In this document: piece by piece, positions 50,905 to 59,715 of the stretch | Layout of the letters: each line of letters begins with the position of its first letter | Numbering within the stretch: the stretch's first letter is position 1 | The notes under the pieces: generated by a model | The model's input: the letters and a program-made list of their open reading frames with translations, nothing else | Told to the model about the DNA's origin: nothing | Databases searched by the model: none | Position numbers and translations under genes: made by a program | Assembly: GCA_965205975.1 (NCBI GenBank) | Contig: OZ242195.1 | Coordinates: 4,928,001-4,992,000 of the forward strand | DNA from: Candidatus Latescibacterota bacterium | Lineage (GTDB): Bacteria; Latescibacterota; UBA2968 | Length of the DNA: 64,000 bases | Direction: 5' to 3'

Positions 50905-52164
50905 GTGTATGCTATCCGAGCCATGATCGGGCTATGCCTCATGGGTATATCTTTTTTGCCTGTGCGGGCAGATGAACTGGATCTGGATGCGCTGATTCAG
51001 GAGGCTGTGAAAAATAATCCCAATTTGTCGGTTTTGCGGGCGCGGTTGGCTGCTTTTGAAGCGAGAATTCCGCAGGCGGGGGCGCTGGAAGATCCGTCTT
51101 TTCGCTTTGAGGTGAGCAATGTACCGTTGAGCGACTTCAATTTGAGTAGTACACCGATGAGTGGAAATCAATTTGTGGTCAGTCAGAAGTTTTCTTTCCC
51201 AGGAAAACAGCGGGCGAGCGAGCGATCAGCCCAGTTTGCCTCGGATTCTGTTGCGTGGCTGTTGCGCGACCGAGAACTGGCAATTGCCAATGCGATTAAG
51301 CAGCCTTTTTTTGATCTGGCTTATGTGATCCGTGCCATTGCGATTATGGAAAAGAATCGGGTGTTGTTGCAAGATCTGGTTCGCATTGCCCGCACGAAAT
51401 ACGCCGTTGGAAAAGGGTTGCAACAGGATGTGTTAAAAGCTCAGGTTTCGCTTTCTGCACTGGATACGGAGTTGATTGCTCTTCGGGCGAAAAAACAATT
51501 GGCAGAGGCGCGTTTGAATCTGGTGTTGAATCGGTCTCCTCAAAGTTCTTTGGGCGCGCCGCCAGATACTATTGGTCTTTCAGGCGTGCCGCTGACGATT
51601 GATGTCTTGCTGGCTCAAGCCGATGAGGGGCACCCATCTCTGAAGGCTATGGACCAATCGATTTTGATGTGGCGAGCAGAGGTTGAGGTTGCGAGAAGAA
51701 ATCTCTGGCCGGATATGACGGTGAGTTTGGGATATCGCCAGCGCGTGTTTGCGGCCAATGATCCGGTCAAAGGAAGCGATTTTATATCTGTTGGTATAGG
51801 TATTCCACTTCCCGTGTTTGGCGGGCGCAAGCAACGCCAGCAGATTGTAGAAGTGCAGGCTAATCTGCGAGAGGTTGAGGCGCAAAAGGCCGCTGAACGC
51901 CAGCAGATTCACTACGAGATTCAGCGTCTGGTTATTGAGGTCGGGCAACACCGGGAAAGTGCCGAGTTGTTTCGCACTGCGATGTTGCCCCAGGCAGAGC
52001 AGTCGCTGGCGTCGGCTTTGTCGGGATATCGGGTGGATAAGGTGGATTTTTTGACGTTGTTGAATAATCAGATGACGCTGTTGAATTTTGAGATGGCATA
52101 TTATCGACATGTGATTGAGCATGAAAAACGGGTGGCGGATCTGGCGGCGGCGGTGGGGCGTTAG
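50905..52164 (+). CDS. TolC-family outer membrane factor of a heavy-metal RND system (CusC-like)
   Basis: Signal peptide, OEP repeats, operon position. Confidence 0.85.
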   Translation: MYAIRAMIGLCLMGISFLPVRADELDLDALIQEAVKNNPNLSVLRARLAAFEARIPQAGALEDPSFRFEVSNVPLSDFNLSSTPMSGNQFVVSQKFSFPGKQRASERSAQFASDSVAWLLRDRELAIANAIKQPFFDLAYVIRAIAIMEKNRVLLQDLVRIARTKYAVGKGLQQDVLKAQVSLSALDTELIALRAKKQLAEARLNLVLNRSPQSSLGAPPDTIGLSGVPLTIDVLLAQADEGHPSLKAMDQSILMWRAEVEVARRNLWPDMTVSLGYRQRVFAANDPVKGSDFISVGIGIPLPVFGGRKQRQQIVEVQANLREVEAQKAAERQQIHYEIQRLVIEVGQHRESAELFRTAMLPQAEQSLASALSGYRVDKVDFLTLLNNQMTLLNFEMAYYRHVIEHEKRVADLAAAVGR

Positions 52165-52171
52165 GTGCGAG

Positions 52172-52195
52172 GTAGGGGCAGGCCTGTGCCTGTCC
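52172..52195. repeat. GTAG-type REP-like palindrome
   Basis: GTAG-GGGCAGGC-ctgt-GCCTGTCC. Confidence 0.6.
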
Positions 52196-52215
52196 GTTTA
52201 AAAAGGAGTTGAGAG

Positions 52216-53475
52216 ATGAAATATCTCCTTCCAATTCTATCATTGATTGTGGGATTTGTTGGCGGGGTCTGGATTTCGGGAGATACGCATACAGAGCAGG
52301 TGCAGGCGTTGGAAACATATATCTGTCCGATGCATCCGACGGTGGTGTCGGATAAGCTCGGATCTTGTCCTATTTGCGGTATGGATCTGGTGGTGAAGGA
52401 GGCTGATGGGTCGTCAGTTCAGGATGGAAGCGTGCAGATTGATCCTGTGACGATTCAGAATATTGGTGTGAAGACGATGGTGGTGGAAAAGCAGCCTTTG
52501 AAACGCACAGTGCGCGCAGTGGGCAGGGTGGATTATGACGAGACGCGGATTATGGATGTGAATAGCAAGATCGCCGGGTGGGTTGAGCAGTTGTATGTGG
52601 ATTATACCGGTCAGTGGGTGGAAAAGGGGCAGCCTTTGCTCGCGCTTTACAGTCCGGAACTGGTCGCGGCGCAGGAGGAGTATTTGACGGCTCTGGATTA
52701 TGCGGAGAGAATGCGCAGTGGTATGGATCGAGATGTGGCGCAAAGTGCCGATGACCTGCTCGCTGCTGCGCGGCAGAGGTTGTTGTATTGGGATATCTCG
52801 GCGGGTCAGATTGCAGAGTTGGAAAAGACGCGACAGGTTGGACGAACAATGCCCATTCTGGCTCCTCGTTCGGGGATTGTGACGCACAAAGATGTGCTGG
52901 AGGGGGCGTATATCGGGTCGGGTCAACATCTGTATCGCATTGCGGATCTGTCGGTGGTGTGGATTTATGCAGATGTGTACGAATACGAGATGCCGTGGGT
53001 TTCCAAAGGTCAGCGTGCAGAGGTGTCGCTGTCTTATTTGCCGGGCGAGCAATTTGAGGGAAAAGTGGATTATATTTTTCCGTTTATGAATGAAAAGACG
53101 CGCACGGTACAGGTGCGGATGGTTTTTGACAATGCAGATGGCGCGCTTAAACCGGATATGTATGCCGATGTGGTGATTCGCCCCGAGGTGGCGCGTGAGG
53201 GCATTGTGATACCCGCTCAGGCGGTGATTCATTCGGGGACGCGCAGGGTTGTTGTGATGGCTCACGGAGACGGCAGGTTTGAGCCGCGCGAGGTTCACAT
53301 CGGGGTCGAGACCGAGGATGGATATGAGGTGCTGAAGGGGCTAAATTCAGGGGAAGAGATTGTGACTTCGGCGCAGTTTTTGATTGATTCAGAGAGCAAT
53401 TTAAAGGCTGCACTGGCAGGGATGCGTGGAGATCCTGTGAAACATGGTGGACATAGTGGACACGGTGGGCATTGA
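52216..53475 (+). CDS. cusB: CusB-type membrane fusion protein with heavy-metal-binding domain
   Basis: YICPMHP...CPICGMDL, YSPELV and FLIDSES motifs; His-rich tail. Confidence 0.9.
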   Translation: MKYLLPILSLIVGFVGGVWISGDTHTEQVQALETYICPMHPTVVSDKLGSCPICGMDLVVKEADGSSVQDGSVQIDPVTIQNIGVKTMVVEKQPLKRTVRAVGRVDYDETRIMDVNSKIAGWVEQLYVDYTGQWVEKGQPLLALYSPELVAAQEEYLTALDYAERMRSGMDRDVAQSADDLLAAARQRLLYWDISAGQIAELEKTRQVGRTMPILAPRSGIVTHKDVLEGAYIGSGQHLYRIADLSVVWIYADVYEYEMPWVSKGQRAEVSLSYLPGEQFEGKVDYIFPFMNEKTRTVQVRMVFDNADGALKPDMYADVVIRPEVAREGIVIPAQAVIHSGTRRVVVMAHGDGRFEPREVHIGVETEDGYEVLKGLNSGEEIVTSAQFLIDSESNLKAALAGMRGDPVKHGGHSGHGGH

Positions 53476-53504
53476 AGCGCGTATTTTGAGAGGATTGGAA
53501 CGCG

Positions 53505-56500
53505 ATGCTAAATCGAATTATTGAAGCGAGTGTGAAGAATCGGTTTCTGGTGGTGATCGCCACTTTGATGGTGATTGGATGGGGGGTGTATGCGATGCTG
53601 AATACGCCACTGGATGCGATTCCCGATTTGTCGGATGTGCAGGTGATCGTGTTTAGCGAATATCCGGGGCAGGCGCCGCAGGTGGTGGAAGATCAGGTGA
53701 CGTATCCGCTGACGACGGCGATGTTGTCCGTGCCTTATGCAAAGACGGTGCGGGGTTATTCGTTTTTTGGCATGTCTTATGTGTATGTGATTTTTGAGGA
53801 TGGTACGGATATGTACTGGGCGCGCAGTCGGGTGTTGGAGTATCTCAATTCCGCGTCTGATAGATTGCCGCAGGGGGTAACGCCAAAGCTGGGTCCAGAT
53901 GCGACGGGCGTGGGCTGGGTCTATCAATATACGGTGCTGGATACGACCGGGAGATATGATCTTTCGGAATTGAGGTCGATTCAGGATTGGTATTTGCGGT
54001 ATGAGTTGAGTAGTGTGCAAGGTGTGTCGGAGGTGGCGTCTGTGGGTGGATTTGTGAAGCAGTATCAGGTGATTGTGGATCCCAATCGCTTGCTGGCATA
54101 CAATATTCCTTTGCAGAAGGTTCGGATGGCGATTCAGCGAAGTAATAGCGATGTGGGAGGGCGATTGGTCGAGCTGGCAGAGACGGAATTTATGGTGCGC
54201 GGGTTGGGGTATATCCAATCTGTGGCGGATATCGAGCAGATTGCCCTGGGCGTGGATGAACACGGTACGCCGATTCGCGTAAAAGATGTTGCGACTGTGC
54301 AGGTGGGTCCAGAACTTAGAAGGGGATTGGCCGAGTGGAATGGCGAGGGGGAGGTGGTGGGGGGTATTGTGGTGATGCGGTCTGGGGAAAACGCGCTCAA
54401 AGTTATTGATCGGGTGAAAGAGAAGTTGGCGTCGCTCAAACCCGGTCTTCCCGAAGGCGTGGTGGTGGTCGCCAATTACGACCGCTCGGCACTTATTCTG
54501 CGCGCGGTTGATCATTTGCAGAAGAAGTTGATTGAAGAGATCGCGATCGTGGCTGTGGTGTGTATTGTTTTTTTACTGCATTTTCGCAGTGCTTTTGTAG
54601 CTGTTTTTACATTGCCGATGGGGATTTTAATCGCTTTTGCAGCGATGTATCACCAGGGTGTCAATTCGAATATTATGTCTCTGGGCGGTATTGCGATTGC
54701 CATTGGGGCGATGGTGGATGCCGCTATTGTGATGATCGAAAATGCACATAAACATATCGAACGCGATGGCGGTATAAAGTCGCATAGTGAGATGATAATT
54801 GCCGCTTCGAAAGAGGTGGGACCTGCGCTGTTCTTTTCTCTGTTGATTATTACGCTGTCGTTTTTGCCGGTTTTTACACTGGAGGCGCAGGAGGGAAGGT
54901 TGTTCAAGCCGCTCGCATATACCAAGACTTATGCTATGGCGGCGGCGGCATTTTTGGCGATTACGGTTGTGCCGGTGCTGATGACTTTTTTTGTGCGGGG
55001 CAAAATTCGGTCTGAGTCGGAGAATCCCATCAGTCGTGTGTTGATCTATCTGTATCGACCTGTGATTGATTGGGTGTTGCGACATCGGGTGCTGACTATG
55101 GTGTTGGGGGGGCTGGTGTTGTTTGTGACGGTGTTTCCATTTCGGGATATTGTGGTGTCGCGTTTTTCAGATCGGCCACAGAGTTTGACTTATAAGGCAC
55201 TGGTGAAGTTGGACGCGCTGTTTCCTATGGAAAAAATTGGATCTGAATTTATGCCGCCACTGTACGAGGGCGATCTGTTATATATGCCTACGACATTGCC
55301 GGGGATATCGATTACGAAAGCGCGTGCGTTGTTGCAACAGACGGATAAGATTATTCGTACTTTCCCAGAAGTTGAACACGTATTTGGCAAAATTGGTCGG
55401 GCAGAGACTGCGACAGACCCGGCGCCGCTGTCGATGATTGAGACGACGATTATGCTCAAGCCCGAGTCCGAGTGGCGAGAAGGGATGACGCCTCAAAAAT
55501 TAATTCGAGAATTGAATCAGGCGGTGAAATTTCCGGGATTGACCAATGCGTGGACTATGCCGATTAAGACGCGCATCGATATGCTTTCAACGGGTATTAA
55601 GACGCCTGTAGGTATCAAGGTCGTGGGGGATGATCTGGAGACATTGCAGATGTTGGGCGAGAAAATCGAGACGGTGGTGCGCGATTTGCCAGGTACACTG
55701 AGTGTGTTTGCCGAGCGCGCAGTAGGCGGCAATTATTTGGATTTTGAGATCAATAGGCAGGCTGCTGCGCGTTACGGGCTGACGGTTGGGGATGTGCAGG
55801 ATGTTATTATGTCGGCATTGGGCGGGATGAATATCACGCATACTGTGGAGGGTTTGGAGCGCTATCCGGTGAATTTGCGTTATGGACGGGAGTTGCGCGA
55901 CAATTTGCCCGCGCTTCGGCGCGTGCTGGTGCCCACGCCGATGGGGGCGCAGATTCCCATTGGACAGTTGGCAGATCTTCGCATTCGGAAGGGGCCGCCG
56001 AGCATTAAGAGCGAGAATGCGCGGTTAAATGCGTGGGTCTATGTCGATATTGAAGGGGTGGATGTGGGGACTTATGTGGCGCGGGCGCAACAGGCGGTGT
56101 TGGAGCAGGTGCAGATGCCACCCGGGTACACCGCGATCTGGAGTGGCCAGTATGAATATATGTTGCGGGCAGAGAAAAAGCTGAAGGTCGTGGTGCCTGT
56201 GACGCTAGCGATCATTTTTGTACTGTTGTATCTGAATTTTAGAAATGTAGCTGAGACCGCGATTGTGATGCTTTCTCTGCCCTTTGCTCTGGTCGGTGGG
56301 ATATGGTTGATGTATATTTTGGATTACGATATGAGCATTGCCGTGGGTGTTGGGTTTATCGCGCTGGCGGGATTGGCTGCCGAGACGGGGGTGGTGATGC
56401 TGATTTATCTGGATCAGGCTTATGAGAGTATTAGACGCGAAAAAGGCGATGTTTTGACGCTGGCAGATTTAAATCAGGCGGTGATGTCCGGTGCTGTGGA

Positions 56501-56729
56501 GCGGGTGCGGCCCAAGTTGATGACGGTGTTTTCAACGATGATGGGGCTGTTGCCGATTATGTGGTCAACGGGCACGGGGTCCGAGGCGATGAAGCGCATT
56601 GCTGCGCCTATGGTGGGAGGGATGGTGTCATCGACGATTTTGACGCTGCTGGTGATTCCGGCGATTTATGCGTTGTGGAAAGAGAGAAGGGTATCCGCAG
56701 ATGACGCAGAAAAAACGCGAGTAATTTGA
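53505..56729 (+). CDS. cusA: CusA/SilA Cu(I)/Ag(I) RND efflux pump
   Basis: DAIPDLSDVQV, GPDATGVGW, EFMP, PLSMIET and RIDMLSTG Met-triad motifs. Confidence 0.95.
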   Translation: MLNRIIEASVKNRFLVVIATLMVIGWGVYAMLNTPLDAIPDLSDVQVIVFSEYPGQAPQVVEDQVTYPLTTAMLSVPYAKTVRGYSFFGMSYVYVIFEDGTDMYWARSRVLEYLNSASDRLPQGVTPKLGPDATGVGWVYQYTVLDTTGRYDLSELRSIQDWYLRYELSSVQGVSEVASVGGFVKQYQVIVDPNRLLAYNIPLQKVRMAIQRSNSDVGGRLVELAETEFMVRGLGYIQSVADIEQIALGVDEHGTPIRVKDVATVQVGPELRRGLAEWNGEGEVVGGIVVMRSGENALKVIDRVKEKLASLKPGLPEGVVVVANYDRSALILRAVDHLQKKLIEEIAIVAVVCIVFLLHFRSAFVAVFTLPMGILIAFAAMYHQGVNSNIMSLGGIAIAIGAMVDAAIVMIENAHKHIERDGGIKSHSEMIIAASKEVGPALFFSLLIITLSFLPVFTLEAQEGRLFKPLAYTKTYAMAAAAFLAITVVPVLMTFFVRGKIRSESENPISRVLIYLYRPVIDWVLRHRVLTMVLGGLVLFVTVFPFRDIVVSRFSDRPQSLTYKALVKLDALFPMEKIGSEFMPPLYEGDLLYMPTTLPGISITKARALLQQTDKIIRTFPEVEHVFGKIGRAETATDPAPLSMIETTIMLKPESEWREGMTPQKLIRELNQAVKFPGLTNAWTMPIKTRIDMLSTGIKTPVGIKVVGDDLETLQMLGEKIETVVRDLPGTLSVFAERAVGGNYLDFEINRQAAARYGLTVGDVQDVIMSALGGMNITHTVEGLERYPVNLRYGRELRDNLPALRRVLVPTPMGAQIPIGQLADLRIRKGPPSIKSENARLNAWVYVDIEGVDVGTYVARAQQAVLEQVQMPPGYTAIWSGQYEYMLRAEKKLKVVVPVTLAIIFVLLYLNFRNVAETAIVMLSLPFALVGGIWLMYILDYDMSIAVGVGFIALAGLAAETGVVMLIYLDQAYESIRREKGDVLTLADLNQAVMSGAVERVRPKLMTVFSTMMGLLPIMWSTGTGSEAMKRIAAPMVGGMVSSTILTLLVIPAIYALWKERRVSADDAEKTRVI

Positions 56730-56781
56730 GCGTTTTACGCAGATGAAAGGCGAAATGTAGGGGTGGGTTTTTAACCCACCC
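56693..56781. repeat. CGCAGA-family repeat overlapping the cusA 3' end, followed by a GTAG REP-like palindrome
   Basis: Matches 28340-28383; GTAG-GGGTGGGTT-ttt-AACCCACCC. Confidence 0.7.
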
Positions 56782-56822
56782 GATGTAAACCCCAGAATCA
56801 TTCACTTTTCAGGAGGTGTGTT

Positions 56823-57176
56823 ATGAAGTCTCGTATTTTTGCATTATTGGTCATTGGCGCGACAGCTATAGGCATGGCTGGATGGATCGGCTGTTCGTCA
56901 AAGTCGGAGGCGACGACTGTCGAGGTGAAGTTGTCAACGATGCAGTGCGCTATGTGCTCGAATACCATAGAGAAAGCACTGAAAGAGGTCGATGGCGTTG
57001 AGAGCGTGGAAGTCAATCTGGACGCGAAAACAGCGAAGGTGACTTTTGATGCGAAGGTGACCGATGTTTCCGCTCTGGAGCAGGCTGTTGTCAAGGTGGG
57101 GTATGCGGCGAATGACAAAAAGGCCGATGCCGATACGTATGCAAATCTGCCCAGTTGCTGCCAAGTTCCTGAGTAA
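56823..57176 (+). CDS. Exported HMA-domain metal chaperone (MerP/CopZ-like lipoprotein)
   Basis: WIGC lipobox, MQCAMC motif, C-terminal LPSCC. Confidence 0.88.
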   Translation: MKSRIFALLVIGATAIGMAGWIGCSSKSEATTVEVKLSTMQCAMCSNTIEKALKEVDGVESVEVNLDAKTAKVTFDAKVTDVSALEQAVVKVGYAANDKKADADTYANLPSCCQVPE

Positions 57177-57190
57177 TAATTGTTGAATCC

Positions 57191-57230
57191 AAGCCCCGGA
57201 TGTTTTGATGCATTCGGGGCTTATTTTATT
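57191..57230 (+). terminator. Intrinsic terminator
   Basis: aagccccggatg...cattcggggctt followed by a T-rich tail. Confidence 0.8.
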
Positions 57231-57345
57231 GCGGTTTGAAGGGTTTTTTGAATCAGTTGTGTCTTGAATTATTCACAGGTGATGAGTATATTCGGTTCGG
57301 AATATTCTGCGGTATTACTCTCAATTTCATGTCAGAGCAATAGAA

Positions 57346-58617
57346 ATGAATGCCAAACCTTTAGCTATTAGTCTTTTTGCAGGAGCCGGTGGTTGCTCTT
57401 TGGGGTTCAAACGCGCTGGTTATAATATTCTCTACGCAATAGATATAAACGAAAATGCTGTGGAAACTTACAGACATAATTTTACTGATACCCAATGTGA
57501 AATGGCGGATATTATGTCTTATGATTTTGAAAAACTTCTTAAAAATTTGAGGTTAAAAAAGGGTGAGTTGGATATTCTGATTGGTGGCCCTCCATGCCAG
57601 GGCTTTAGTACAGCAGGTATGCGATTTTGGGACGATCCAAGAAATGGATTATTGAAGCATTACGTCAACGCCTTAGCCATTTTACGTCCCAAATGGTTTA
57701 TTATGGAAAATGTTGAGGGTCTTCTTACAGCTAAAGGTGGTATATACGTCTATGAAGCTGCAAGAGCCTTTATCAAATTGGGATATTCGATAAGAATCGA
57801 TAAAATTTATGCACAGGAATACGGGATACCACAAAGACGAAAGAGAACTTTAGTTATTGGCAATAGATTGGGAATGGAATTTAATTTGCCAGAACCACTT
57901 GTGCATGGTCGCATTTTTAAGAATGCCGATATTACACTTAGACATACGATTGGAGAACTTCCCAATCCGACACTGGATAAGAGCAGTCCTATCTGTTACA
58001 GCGGCAAGCCCAAACATGAGTGGGAAGAACAACTGCGTGATGGAAATAAAAAATTATATGATCACTTTACACCCAAAATTGAGGGAGTCCAGCTTGAGAG
58101 AATTAAACATTTAAAACCGGGGCAATCGATGAAGGATCTGCCAGAATCACTTCATCATGAATCATTTAAACGAAGAGCATATCGGCGTGTTATGGATGGA
58201 ATGCCCACGGAGAGAAGAGGAGGTGCTCCCTCGGGGATTAAGCGATTGATTTTTGATGAACCGAGTTTAACTATCACAGGTGCCGCTGTAAGAGAGTTCA
58301 TACATCCCAAATACAATCGCCCATTAACTTTGCGTGAATGTGCTCGAATACAAACATTTCCCGATTGGTTCAGATTTCAAGGAAACACTTCAGAGAAGAT
58401 CACGCAGATAGGGAATGCGATTCCCCCTTTATTAGCAGAGATTTTTGCAATGCATTTACTGATTAATTATGGTTTTAGAGAAGCGACACGCTCCTCACCG
58501 AGTAGATTATTTGCACATACTTTAACAAAAGCAACTGCTATGAGTCCAGCTCTCACAAAAACAGATAATATGCTTCAGGGGTTGTACAAAAGAAAGAATC
58601 CTCAACTCAGTCTTTAA
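57346..58617 (+). CDS. DNA (cytosine-5) methyltransferase, no cognate REase adjacent
   Basis: FAGAGG, GGPPCQGFS, ENV, Q.R.R, RECARIQTF and GNA motifs; AT-rich. Confidence 0.95.
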   Translation: MNAKPLAISLFAGAGGCSLGFKRAGYNILYAIDINENAVETYRHNFTDTQCEMADIMSYDFEKLLKNLRLKKGELDILIGGPPCQGFSTAGMRFWDDPRNGLLKHYVNALAILRPKWFIMENVEGLLTAKGGIYVYEAARAFIKLGYSIRIDKIYAQEYGIPQRRKRTLVIGNRLGMEFNLPEPLVHGRIFKNADITLRHTIGELPNPTLDKSSPICYSGKPKHEWEEQLRDGNKKLYDHFTPKIEGVQLERIKHLKPGQSMKDLPESLHHESFKRRAYRRVMDGMPTERRGGAPSGIKRLIFDEPSLTITGAAVREFIHPKYNRPLTLRECARIQTFPDWFRFQGNTSEKITQIGNAIPPLLAEIFAMHLLINYGFREATRSSPSRLFAHTLTKATAMSPALTKTDNMLQGLYKRKNPQLSL

Positions 58618-58688
58618 CGAAATGCACACCCAGATCAAGAACTTCAATAACTGATATAGATAATACCTACGGGTTAAAGGAGGTATTT

Positions 58689-59654
58689 ATGGCTCTTGCG
58701 ATGACAGAGCAGCAAGAGAGAGATTTTGATGAGAAGGGATTTGTTATTCTCGAGGATTTCTTTACTCAGGATGAGGTCAATCGGCTTTTGCTGGCTATTG
58801 ATGAGGTGGCAGAGCGGATTCGAGAGGCCGAGGGCCTGGGGCCTGATGATCCTTTTGCCGTGCGCAATGCCCTGTCGCAGCACGAGGCGTTTCTCGATTT
58901 GATCGATCATCCGCGCATGTTGCCTCTGGTGGTGGATGCGATTGGCTGGAATATTCAGATTCGTACCACGCATCTGGATTATCGACCGCCGTATCCCGAG
59001 GGTTTGAAAGCAGGCGATGTTGGCGTTGGCAAGGGCGAAGATCAGGAGGTTGGGTACCGCAATGTGGCCTGGCATCCCGATTTGGCGAGCGATATGCTGT
59101 TTCTGGGGCCTTCGCTCGATGGACGTCTCCCGTTTATGGAGATTAAGGTTTTTTACGTGCTTTACGATATGACTGAATCCAATTGTGGCAATCTGTGGTT
59201 GGTGCCGGGTAGTCACAAGCGCAAGCCCGAAGAGTTGCGAGAAATGGGGCGCGAGGTCAATCCGGAAGAGGCGGTCGAGCTCAAGTTGCGGGCTGGTTCC
59301 GCGGTGTTGTGGCGAACCGCGGTGTGGCACTGTGTGGGTCCCAATTTGTCGAGAAAAACGCGAAAGATTATGCATGTGGGGTATAATTACCGATGGCTTC
59401 GTCCGACCGATTATATCGAGCAGGATGCCGATCTTATTGAACGAAGTTCGCCAATTCGGCGTCAGTTGTTGGGCGCGCTGGCTTCGGGAAAAGATCCGCT
59501 GGGACCAGAGCCCGATTTTCACCCTTCGTCACAATACTGGCTGACTAAGAATTGGGATGATGTTCCGTTGCGGGCCTGGGCACAGGAACAAGAGACGAGC
59601 CAAAAGCAACCACAGGTGAACGGCTATCGTAGTCGCACACCGGTTGTAAAGTAA
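58689..59654 (+). CDS. Phytanoyl-CoA dioxygenase (PhyH) family protein
   Basis: WHPD, LVPGSH, WH...N....R motifs; AAGGAGG RBS. Confidence 0.88.
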   Translation: MALAMTEQQERDFDEKGFVILEDFFTQDEVNRLLLAIDEVAERIREAEGLGPDDPFAVRNALSQHEAFLDLIDHPRMLPLVVDAIGWNIQIRTTHLDYRPPYPEGLKAGDVGVGKGEDQEVGYRNVAWHPDLASDMLFLGPSLDGRLPFMEIKVFYVLYDMTESNCGNLWLVPGSHKRKPEELREMGREVNPEEAVELKLRAGSAVLWRTAVWHCVGPNLSRKTRKIMHVGYNYRWLRPTDYIEQDADLIERSSPIRRQLLGALASGKDPLGPEPDFHPSSQYWLTKNWDDVPLRAWAQEQETSQKQPQVNGYRSRTPVVK

Positions 59655-59715
59655 GAGGCAAGAGGTGTGACTGTAGGGATGTACTCCTGTGCATGCCTCA
59701 AGAGATAGGATTAGA

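Noticed and set aside
58569..58688. Open frame upstream of and in frame with PhyH (possible REase remnant)
   Set aside because: No start codon, too short to assign, and PhyH has its own strong RBS.
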